A stretch of 64,000 nucleotides of DNA from Leptogorgia sarmentosa (taxonomy: Eukaryota), in contig OZ210885.1 of NCBI GenBank assembly GCA_964658305.1, forward strand, positions 23,560,001 to 23,624,000. The letters are read 5' to 3'. This document shows, in pieces, positions 12,493 through 23,600 of the stretch. The notes under the pieces were generated by a model. That model did no database searches. It saw only the letters and a list, made by a program, of their open reading frames with translations, and was not told the origin of the DNA. The translations under genes were made by a program, and so were the position numbers. Position 1 is the stretch's first letter; every line of letters starts with the position of its first letter.

Positions 12493-13516
12493 AGTCTGTA
12501 ATAAAATAATTTCCGATAATGATTTCCTGGAAAGTCAAACTGATGTTGGTAATTCGACGGATGAATCAGACCAAGACGAGCTGTTCGAAATCTCTTAATG
12601 AGCAAAAAAGCAGGAAAAGGGCCTGGAAAGACTTGCATATAGATGACATGATTGACATTATAGTAAATAATGAGAAGTATAAAAAGAAACTTATATTTAC
12701 CAATGTCAAAAAACAAAAAAATAGTGAGGTATATGAAAGTATTTTAAACGAAATCAACCTAAGATATTCAGAGTAGATACCACCATCAATTTTTCCTTTC
12801 ACTGTAAACCAGATGACAAATTTAAATGGTGTGTTTCCACCTGTAAAAAAATAGCTATGACCATCAGCACAGCAACTGGTATAAAACGAATACAAGATGA
12901 TAAGGGTTTTGGTAAATGGTTTGACTTGTTATACACTCTCATAGTTTCTCGTGATTCATGCCAACCTGACCAAGCTGTTGAGCCTATGGTTGAGCCAGTT
13001 ACTATGACTGAAAGTGACAATACCTCAGGAACAGGGGAATCTCTTTTTGTTCCAATTAGAGGGGCTGCAAAGAAGAAAGATAAGACATCGGAATTGCTAT
13101 TGGAGAGTATGCTATCTTTGAAAAAAGTAATTGAAAATGATCCAACAAAAGACATATTAACTCTAATGAGGGAGGACATGAAACAGGCAAGGGAACAAGA
13201 CATGCAATTTGAACAACTAATGTTAGCTGTACTTCAGCAGCAACCTGGAGTGCATCAGCAACCACATAGTACTGTTATGCAAAGTCCATCTATAGGACAC
13301 CATTCAAGTCCAATAGCTCATTCCTGGCCAACTAACACCCATCCTAGGTATGGAAACTTACAACATCCAAACTTTGATAACAACTATGGCATAATACCAA
13401 ATGCAGCAATGGAGCATGGATGTACTAGCACCAACATGCCCTGTCCAACATCTGAACCTGAAAATGTTTCATTTACTGATGATGGTTTTGATGGATATCT
13501 ATTAAATCTTAAGTGA
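12493..13516 (+). pseudogene. PIF/Harbinger Myb/SANT (trihelix) accessory gene, frameshifted
   Basis: RKRAWKDLHIDDMIDII...KKLIFTN...VYESIL...FTVNQM..KFKWCVSTCKK..TATGIKRIQDDKGFGKWF, followed by a coiled-coil/Q-rich tail. Confidence 0.7.
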
Positions 13517-13960
13517 CTTTCTAGATTCCAGTTGTTTTTCATTAATGTTGTTGGATCAAACTGTTCATATAACATTCATAGCATTCCAATTCTTTCATAT
13601 GGTGTTTGTTTATGTTTCAAGCAAGTTTCTGGTTTGCCAGAAAGTAGTGTTGTTGACATAGCCAATTTGTGTTCAATTTCATATTTACAGTCACAATTAC
13701 CGACAACAAGCTGAAAAATACATACTTTCATTGTATTCTTATAGTTATTTGGTTGTTTTTGAGGAAACCCAGAAATTCGACAGATTTTGTCAATCTAGAA
13801 TACATAACAATAGATACTCCGGAAAACGATAACATTTTGTTTGAAATATTTATTTCTACGTTTCGACTGGATTGTAGTCATCATCAGGAAATGAATGATG
13901 ATGATGATGTTACGTTTTGTTATTGTTATTGTCAAACTAGGTTGAGTTAGGAATAAAAGA

Positions 13961-14175
13961 TTAAAGGAATACCAAATAGTTTCCTGTGCAGGATTGCGTC
14001 ATCCATGCACGCGGGATGTAGCGAGAGTTTCGGAAAGCGTAAAAAATCACGAGCCGCAGGCGAGTGCCTTTTGGCTTTCCGAAACTCAAGACCCTGGGTA
14101 CGAGGTTGCCACATCCCAAGTGCATGGATGATGCTATCCTGCACGGGAAAACCATTTGGTAATTGTTTTATAAAA
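13961..14175. repeat. Long imperfect palindrome with core CACGAGCCGCAGGCGAGTG (non-autonomous element, possibly Crypton-related)
   Basis: Arms such as TTTCCTGTGCAGGATTGCGTCATCCATGCAC / GTGCATGGATGATGCTATCCTGCACGGGAAA. Confidence 0.7.
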
Positions 14176-14478
14176 TACGAGAAACTGAAGTTATTATATA
14201 AGATTAGTTCGCGTAGGCAGACAGTAATTATATTTTCATTGTTTGGCATCAATAAAATCATAAACAATAGGATTAACACAACATCCTGCCCAAGGACAAA
14301 TGTATCCATAATAAAATTCCAATTATGCAAACTATCTGAAAACTGCATAGTATGATGATGAGTCATCGATAGCATATAAAAGAAAAAAACACATTTAGTA
14401 TCATTTATTCAGTCTTATTAACAACTCTCACTATCGAGCTCTCTGTGTCTAATAATAAAGTGTTTTAAAGTTGCTTCA

Positions 14479-17375
14479 ATGGTTAGTAGAAAGAATGTAA
14501 GTCGTATTGGTGAGAAAGTGAAAGCTTACCGATGGCCATGCACGGTTTGTAAGACAAATTGCGCTACCGACGCAATTTTTTGTGAGCAGTGCTGCGAGTG
14601 GGCGCATTACACTTGCGGAAATCTCGGGGAAGATGATTTCCACCAGCTTTCCAAAGTTTCTTGTGGCTATGTGTGCACAAAATGTTGTGTTGACCAATAC
14701 CATAAGTTTGATTTCAAGAAATCATTGCAAAGATTGCTCATAGCCTCCAAGAATATGAAGGATCTTCACCATGCAGCGATCGTAGAGCAGATTTTGCTGA
14801 AGAGTCACCCTTTCCAGTCAACGAGTACGAAGCAACCAGTTGGTAATGGTAAAAAGATTCACCAGTACTCTCAATCCGTGGTCAACATGTATGGGACGGC
14901 GTCGCGGGTACCTATTGATGTCACAGGTGATGGCAACTGCCTCTTTAACTCGGTTTCAGTCGCTCTTCAGGGTGATGAAGCAATGTCATCAGAGTTGAGA
15001 GTTCGAACCTGCATAGAGCTAGTTTTGAACTTATCGTACTACAAGAACCACGTACATTATAACGATTTTCGGCTGGTATCGCCCGACTTGGTGAGAGCAT
15101 GTCAAATGTGTGCTACTGACTATGAATTTTCGTGCATGTTTACAGCGCAAGGTCTATCGTCGGTCATTGGTCGAGACATAGTTTCAGTATACCCGGCCAT
15201 TAATGGAATGCTTGACAACTGTGTACGTATTTTAAACACCATTGTTTCACCAAGACTGCAAACGTCGAGACGTAGATGTCGGGATAGAGTGTACGTGCTC
15301 TGGACTCGAATGGGCGGTACATTTCCTCACCCACAAGGCAAGACCTGGCTTCCCGATCACTTTGTTCCTTTGCTTGGAAATTGTCAAATTTCGTCCACAG
15401 GCAATACATCATCACCAGTCACTGGGGACATTCCCTCACCAAATTGTGTCCAGTCTCCATTGAAAGCAACGCCAACGAGTAGCGAATGTGATCTCATTGC
15501 ATCATTGGGTCGGTCAGCAGTTTCGGACTGCAGCCAGGTTGAAGAAGAATCTTCTGTTGTTGAAGATGTACCATCTCCCATAACAGAAAGCGGTAAACTT
15601 ACACCACCTCTAACCACCCCGCCATCCACTAGATCTTTACCGGAAGATTACAGTTTGCCCATCGATCGTGAAATCCAAGACAAAACTGAGACTAGTTCGG
15701 TTAACGAAGCCCAGTTTGAAACACATCCTTCGGAGACCGCGACTACTCCTCCCAGAGACTCGAAATTTCTATTAAATAGAAATAAATTATCAGGTCGGTT
15801 TCTCGACGTGGAGGAACTTTGCAAAGTTTTACAAGGTGACCCCGTCAACAAATCAAAGAAAACACTTACTTTTTAATTAAAAACGATAAAAACGTAGAAA
15901 AAAGAAAGCAAAAAATGAGAAGTAACTTCGACGATGATTGTGGAGCATGGTTGTCAAAATCGTCTTCAACAAAAAAGACTTTATTCTACTTTGTCGACCA
16001 AACGTTTCGGATGGTACAACTTAAAAACGGACAGTACTGCACGAAACGACTCAGGGAATGGGTGCCACTTGAACCTCAACCACTCGAGGAACAAATCATG
16101 GTGATGAGGCGCTTTTATACGTGCCTAAAACGTGAACCAGGATATAAGAAACGAGTTACGTGGATTGAAACAATCGGAAAAGGAATGAGCATAACCTGCA
16201 CAGATAAAGCTGTGGTGGAATACCTTGGAGATTTTCCTACAACTGTAAGCATGCATGGAAACAGTAAGAAAGGCAGCTGCAGCGAGTATGTGAGGACTTC
16301 TGAATCTGTAAAATCAGACATCAAGGATAAAGTTAAAAACGATCAACCTAGAAATGTGTATTCGGAGATGGTTTTGAATAATTCGACGGAAGCTCCACGA
16401 GATTTGAAGCAAGTCCAAAATTTCAAACATGCGAATACCAACCAGAAGAGAGTACATACCGCTAATAGAAAAAATACTGCTGATGATGTGCAGACATTGA
16501 TCAATATGATGAATGACAATCCGTACATTCAGGAAATCATACAGATGAAAGGTAAACCTCCCATGGTTATTTTATACACAGATGACCAATTGAAAGATGT
16601 GAAAAACTTTTGCATTGGCCATGGGAGTAAATCGATTCTTGGAGTTGATCGTACTTTTAACCTTGGAGCGTGTTATGTAACACTGACTGTTTTTAAAAAT
16701 ACCCATTTATTACGACGATCATCTCAATCACCACCAATAATGTTAGGCCCTGTGTTCTTTCATTGGGATGGAAGTTGTTCTACATATCAACGTTTCTTCT
16801 CCCACATACGAACAAAATTGGATACCAATATTAACACCGAGATTGGCCTTTGTGACATTGTTGTTGGTTCAGACGAGGAAAAAGCTATCCTGAAGGCGAT
16901 TCAACAAAGTTTTCCAAGTGCCCAACAACTTCTCTGCCAGCGCCATCTTGAGGAAAATGTCCGTCGGCACTTGCAGAAGAAGGTAGGAGTACCTGAAAAG
17001 ACAAGAAACGAAGTCATCTCGCTGATATTTGGAAAGGCTGGACTTGTAAATTGCAAAGATCAGGTGGATTTTGAACTTACATGCCTTTCACTGTCAAACA
17101 AGTTTTTAGAGATTACTCCAAACTTTGTTTCGTACTTTGAAAATTTGCTTGTTCAACGAATCCGAGATTATGTTTTCAACCCAAGGATGTCAACCAGTTG
17201 GATACCTTTGAACTGGACGAACAATAATTGTGAGTCATTGAACAATATTCTAAAGCTATCCTATCTAAAAATTCCTACAACACCTGCTGTTGCTAGAAAA
17301 CCAGGACAACGCAAGCGCGTCCGCAGTGGGAGAACCAGCACTATTGGTAAAGTTAAAAGAACAAAATTTGCATGA
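14479..17375 (+). pseudogene. PHD + vertnin-like OTU protease + MULE transposase, frameshifted near 15880 and internally deleted near 17260
   Basis: CTVC..AIFCEQCCEWAHYTC..YVCTKC; TGDGNCLFNSVS..ELRVRT..PDHFVPL; GVDRTFNLG, GSDEEKAI, LLCQRHLEEN, WTNNNCES. Confidence 0.82.
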
Positions 17376-17499
17376 CATGTTAGGATGACATGGTATCGGT
17401 ATATATCATAAGTAGAAATGTAAGTGGAAATGGGAAAACTAGAAATTGTTATAACACAAGTGGAAATCTGTATTGATAGGCTTATAGCACAAAGAAATA

Positions 17500-18311
17500 C
17501 AGGGTGTATAAAAAAAAGCGCAATCCTACGTTCAAATGCAATTTTCATAACGAAAAGTATTAGAAAATAGGCTATATTTACCACCGTTAGAAAGCTCTAT
17601 CATTCCGCTTTCTTAAGACTGCTTGTTTGTTGAGTTTGAGTTGGAAATGAGCGAGTAATGATATTTTTAGTAAGTGTGATTGGACAATTTAAAATTTGAG
17701 ATAGCTTGAATTTATTAAAAATTTAACTTTAGTTGGTTACAATCATTCAACGTGGCCTGGCTTTCTCACCACACACAAATCACTTCAACGTTGCATTTCC
17801 CGTGCAACTCTTCTTATTAGTTCATGATTTCCATGTAAAGCATCTGCTTCAAGCTGTATCTGTCGGTATTTAAGTACGTTACGCCAAACGGTCGTCGAAT
17901 TTGGGACTTGTCGATCCGGGAAAGCTATTCGAAACAATCTTAAAACTTCCTGAATACTTTTTGTTACAAAGTAACCTTCAACAATAAAAGTTATTTCTGC
18001 TGTAGTGAGCTGTGGCATGATGCCTAAGACTTTAAAATTATTTCGCGAAAATATTTCAAACAAAATATTCGCATGCAACGATAACGTCCCCTTCGGAATT
18101 AAGAACGTCGAATTCGAAGCATCTAAAAATGACTGCTTGCAGTAAATCACTTATTTTGAAGTCCTAAATGGCCTAAAAAGTCACAATCGACCACTTATTG
18201 AGTAGAAAAAAGATAGGGCTAAAATATGAACTAAAAGTTAAGACATGGAAATCTACATTATTTTGGTTATAAAGCCTTAAACTTGGATTGCGTTTTTTTT
18301 TATACACCCTG
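17500..18311 (-). mobile_element. Tc1/mariner internal-deletion derivative
   Basis: TIR CAGGGTGTATAAAAAAAA.CGCAATCC with a TA TSD. The N-terminal HTH (MPQLTTAEITFIVEGYFVTKSIQEVLRLF...) is fused to the extreme C-terminus (..LCVVRKAGHVE-like). Confidence 0.88.
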
Positions 18312-19176
18312 TATAAAGCTATTGTATATAGTTAATACTAGTTTGGAATCGAGGATGCATGATGCTATATAATTATGCTGTTATTGTTTGAAAAAAAGTT
18401 GTATAATAGATTTGTTGAGTTATTAAAATTGTTAAAGAATTGTTTACTCCAGTCTACAGTGTACAATACCAAAAACAAAAAAATCAAAACTACAGAATAC
18501 AGAAAGTCTTTCATTTCATGAATTTCTTTAGGCTATACAATAGATAGGGTTCACATTAGTCTTTGAACTTAATTTCCATCACAAATAAGTGAAAGCTTAT
18601 TAAAAATATTAGACATACATTGATATACATGTACAATTTCTGAGTGTACAGTTTCATAGTCACAATACAAAATGAACTTAACACAGAAATTGGTGCTGTG
18701 CATGATTGGCACTATAGTGAATACAAGATTAAAATAACCTACCTTTGTAGGCAAAGCCTTTATGTAGTCCCATTTGCCCTATTATCCTTTTAGCTTTCGT
18801 TAGTGTTAAATTCTTGTATGATTCCCGAACCACGAGAAAACCAAAAGACAAAGTAAAAAAAGATGTTTGCCGCTTCAAAAATACGCCACATAGGCTGTGG
18901 CTGTGTTTATTCACATTATTCGACTGGTGGGCATGCATAATTCAGTATTAACTACTCTATTATCTATAACAATATAACTACCAACTCTTATAAAGTGTGT
19001 ATGTGTATACTGTGTATAATGTGTCTAAAAAGTAAAATGTTTAATAGTATTTTTAATTTAGTACTACAGTACGAACCGAAACAACCTATAAATTATTTAC
19101 ATCAAATTCATGTATGTACTTGGGTTTCCTCAAAAACAGCCATGCATTCATTATTTATACAAGCTAGTAACTATTA

Positions 19177-19268
19177 GGCCCGTTTTAGACGTCGAGTTTC
19201 CGTCGCATCGAATGCAATTAAAACAATAGATAATGAGAAACCTCAGCTCATTAACTATAAAACGGGCC
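19177..19268. mobile_element. Small MITE (Harbinger-like ends) inserted in the right TIR of the second MULE
   Basis: GGCCCGTTTTA...TAAAACGGGCC flanked by TTA/TAA. It is absent from the corresponding left TIR copy at about 13740. Confidence 0.65.
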
Positions 19269-19295
19269 TAAGAATACAATGAAAGTATGTATTTG

Positions 19296-19425
19296 CTTGT
19301 TGTCGGTAATTGTGAGCTTGTTGTCGGTAATTGTGAGCTTGTTGTCGGTAATTGTGAGCTTGTTGTCGGTAGTTGACGGTTGTTGACGGTTGTTGACGGT
19401 AGTTGTCGGTTGTTGTCGGTAATTA
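19296..19425. repeat. Subterminal tandem repeats (21-bp and 10-bp units) of the second MULE TIR
   Basis: (GCTTGTTGTCGGTAATTGTGA)n followed by (GGTWGTTGWC)n. Confidence 0.85.
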
Positions 19426-19433
19426 GTACGACC

Positions 19434-19650
19434 GTTATAATTGAAATATTTTTGCTTTTCACTTGGTTCACCATCTGCAAAGGGTTTCATCAGGTAGATA
19501 CTAAATGGAAATGCTGAATCACCAACAATTACTGGCAAAACTTATGAATTTCCTATTTTCTTTGACATTTGAGGGATAGCATCACGCTCTGTAATCTTTC
19601 GCCAAATTTGCGTTGATTGTAGAATAGAGAGAGTCATGGGAATTGCCCGG
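19434..19650 (-). pseudogene. PIF/Harbinger transposase (DDE_Tnp_4-type) fragment
   Basis: PGNSHDS..ILQSTQIW...PVIVGDSAFPFSIYLMKPF....SEKQKYFNY. It is convergent with the Myb gene. Confidence 0.85.
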
Positions 19651-19929
19651 TGTCACGGTCTCAACGCTCCCCCAGTCTGAATACTCCCCTTGTAACTAAT
19701 GCACATGTGCAGTAATGGGGGATAACTGAGCATGTGGTAAGGCGGGCTCAATTCTCCCCCAGTCACAACTATCCTCTCCCGCTCCGAATTCAATATATTT
19801 CGGTTTTCGCATGAAAAATCGATGCATAAAAGAAGTAAAATCTGTGTTTTTAATCAGGTAATCCCGTTAAAATGTCTCTCCTATTAATTTAATGTAATTT
19901 AACACAAAACTTTGAAAAATGTGAAGAAT

Positions 19930-20452
19930 TATTAGTCAATCTCAGTCATCCCCTTATTGTAGTATTAGTCAGTCTCAGTGATGAGTCATCCCCTTATTGT
20001 AGTATTAGTCAGTCTCAGTCATCCCCCTGATTGTACTATCAGTCAGTCTCAGTCGTCCTCTTATTATACTGATTGTAGATATCAGTCGGTCTCAGTCATC
20101 CCAGTTAGTCTTAGTCATCCCCTGATTGTACTGATTGTAGTATTAGTCAGTCTCAGTCATCCCCTTATTGTACTGATTGTAGTATTAGTCAGTCTCAGTC
20201 ATCCCCTCATTGTAGTATTAGTCAATCTCAGTCATCCCCTCATTGTAGTATTAGTCAATCTCAGTCATCCCCTTAATATAGTATTAGTCAATCTCAGTCA
20301 TCCCCTTATTGTAGTATTAGTCAATCCCAGTCATCCCCTTATTGTAGTATTAGTCAATCTCAGTCATCCCCTTATTGTAGTATTAGTCAATCTCAGTCAT
20401 CCCCTTATTGTAGTATTAGTCAATCTCAGTCATCCCTTATTGTACTGATTGT
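19930..20452. repeat. 33-bp minisatellite, left part
   Basis: (TCAGTCATCCCCTTATTGTAGTATTAGTCAATC)n. The repeat resumes at 32948. Confidence 0.92.
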
Positions 20453-20649
20453 GGTAATAATTCCATGTTCTACATACACCAATATATAGCAGAGACCCTA
20501 AGTATCCATAGGGATACCGCCATCACTAGTTATCCACAGTAATCCTACGTAACCCATAGCCATTTGCAGTTATTTATAGTCACCTACAGTCATTACCTGT
20601 CTTATCAGTCATCCACTGTCCTTACCAGTCATCTACCGTTATTTCCTGT

Positions 20650-23600
20650 CATCTACTGTCATACACTGTCATCTACTGTCATCTACTGTCATCTACTGTC
20701 ATTCACTGTCATTCACTGTCATTCACTGTCATTCACTGTCATTCACTGTAATCTACCGTCATTCACCGTCATTCACTGTAATCTACCGTCATTCACTGTA
20801 ATCTACCGTCATTCACTGTAATCTACCGCCATTCACCGTAATCTACTGTCATTCACTGTCATTCACTGTAATCTACCGTCATTCACTGTAATCTACTGTC
20901 ATTCACTGTAATCTACCGTCATTCACTGTCATTGACCGTCATTCACTGTCATTCACTGTCATTCACTGTCATTCACTGTAATCTACCGTAATTCACCCTA
21001 ATCTAGTGTCATTCACCGTCATTCACTGTAATCTACCATCTTTCACCGTAATCTACTGTCATTCACTGTAATCTACCGTCATTCACTGTCATTGACCGTC
21101 ATTCACTGTCATTCACTGTAATCTACCGTCATTCACCGTAATCTACTGTCATTCACCGTAATTCACCGTCATTCACTGTCATTCACTGCAATCTACCGTC
21201 ATTCACTGTCATTGACCGTCATTCACTGTAATCTACCGTAATTCACTGTAATCTACCGTCATTCACCGTAATCTACTGTCATTCACCGTCATTGACCGTC
21301 ATTCACCGTCATTCACTGTCATTCACTGTAATCTACCGTCATTCACTGTAATCTACCGTCATTCACCGTAATCTACTGTTATTCACCGTCATTCACCGTC
21401 ATTCACTGTCATTCACTGTAATCTACCGTCATTCACCGTAATCTACTGTCATTCACCGTAATTCACCGTCATTCACCGTAATTCACCGTCATTCACTGTC
21501 ATTCACTGCAATCTACCGTCATTCACTGTCATTGACCGTCATTCACTGTAATCTACCGTCATTCACTGTAATCTACCGTCATTCACTGTCATTGACCGTC
21601 ATTCACTGTCATTCACTGTAATCTACCGTCATTCACTGTAATCTACCGTCATTTACTGTCATTGACCGTCATTCACTGTCATTCACTGTAATCTACCGTC
21701 ATTCACCGTAATCTACTGTCATTCACTGTCATTGACCGTAATCTACTGTCATTCACCGTCATTGACCGTCATTCACTGTAATCTACCGTCATTCACCGTA
21801 ATCTAGTGTCATTCACCGTCATTCAATGTAATCTACCGTCATTCACCGTAATCTACTGTCATTCACCCTAATTCACTGTAATTCACTGCAATCTACCGTC
21901 ATTCACCGTCATTCACCGTCATTCACCGTCATTCACTGTCATTCACTGTAATCTACCGTCATTCACTGTAATCTACCGTCATTCACGGTAATCTACTGTC
22001 ATTCACCGTCATTCACCGTCATTCACTGTCATTCACTGTAATCTACCGTCATTCACCGTAATCTACTGTCATTCACCGTAATTCACCGTCATTCACTGTC
22101 ATTCACTGCAATCTACCGTCATTCACTGTCATTGACCGTCATTCACTGTAATCTACCGTCATTCACTGTAATCTACCGTCATTCACTGTCATTGACCGTC
22201 ATTCACTGTCATTCACTGTAATCTACCGTCATTCACTGTAATCTACCGTCATTTACTGTCATTGACCGTCATTCACTGTCATTCACTGTAATCTACCGTC
22301 ATTCACCGTAATCTACTGTCATTCACTGTCATTGACCGTAATCTACTGTCATTCACCGTCATTGACCGTCATTCACTGTAATCTACCGTCATTCACCGTA
22401 ATCTAGTGTCATTCACCGTCATTCAATGTAATCTACCGTCATTCACCGTAATCTACTGTCATTCACCCTAATTCACTGTAATTCACTGCAATCTACCGTC
22501 ATTCACCGTCATTCACCGTCATTCACCGTCATTCACCGTCATTCACTGTCATTCACTGTAATCTACCGTCATTCACTGTAATCTACCGTCATTCACCGTA
22601 ATCTACTGTCATTCACCGTAATCTACTGTCATTCACCGTCATTCACTGTCATTCACTGTAATCTACTGTCATTCACTGTCATTGACCGTCATTCACTGTC
22701 ATTCACTGTAATCTACCGTCATTCACCGTAATCTACTGTCATTCACCGTCATTCACCGTCATTCACTGTCATTCACTGTAATCTACCGTCATTCACTGTA
22801 ATCTACCGTCATTCACCGTAATCTACTGTCATTCACCGTAATCTACTGTCATTCACCGTCATTCACTGTCATTCACTGTAATCTACTGTCATTCACTGTC
22901 ATTGACCGTCATTCACTGTCATTCACTGTAATCTACCGTCATTCACCGTAATCTACTGTCATTCACCGTAATTCACCGTCATTCACTGTCATTCACTGCA
23001 ATCTACCGTCATTCACCGTCATTGACCGTCATTCACTGTCATTCACTGTAATCTACCGTCATTCTCTGTAATCTACCGTCATTCACTGTCATTGACCGTA
23101 ATCTACTGTCATTCACTGTCATTGATTGTCATTCACTGTCATTCACTGTAATCTACCGTCATTCACGGTAATCTACCGTCATTCACGGTAATCTAGTGCC
23201 ATTCACCGTCATTCACTGTAATCTACCGTCATTGACCGTAATCTACTGTCATTCACCGTCATTGACGTCATTCACTGTCATTCACTGTAATCTACCATCA
23301 TTCACCGTAATCTAGTGTCATTCACCGTCATTCACTGTAATCTACCGTTATTGACCGTAATCTACTGTCATTCACCGTCATTGACCGTCATTCACCGTCA
23401 TTCACTGTCATTCACTGTAATCTACCGTCATTCACTGTAATCTACCGTCATTCACCGTAATCTACTGTTATTCACCGTCATTCACCGTCATTCACTGTCA
23501 TTCACTGTAATCTACCGTCATTCACCGTAATCTACTGTCATTCACCGTAATTCACCGTCATTCACTGTCATTCACTGCAATCTACCGTCATTCACTGTCA

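Larger units (their letters stand above)
13691..19433 (+). mobile_element. Second MULE-like element (PHD-OTU-MULE); left terminus truncated
   Basis: 13691-13747 is the reverse complement of about 19168-19316 once the small MITE is excluded. The right end ...AATTAGTACGACC (19433) abuts the Harbinger transposase. MULE ORFs lie inside. Confidence 0.65.

Noticed and set aside
19978..20821. Hydrophobic repeat proteins (156 aa and 85 aa)
   Set aside because: Chance translations of minisatellites.
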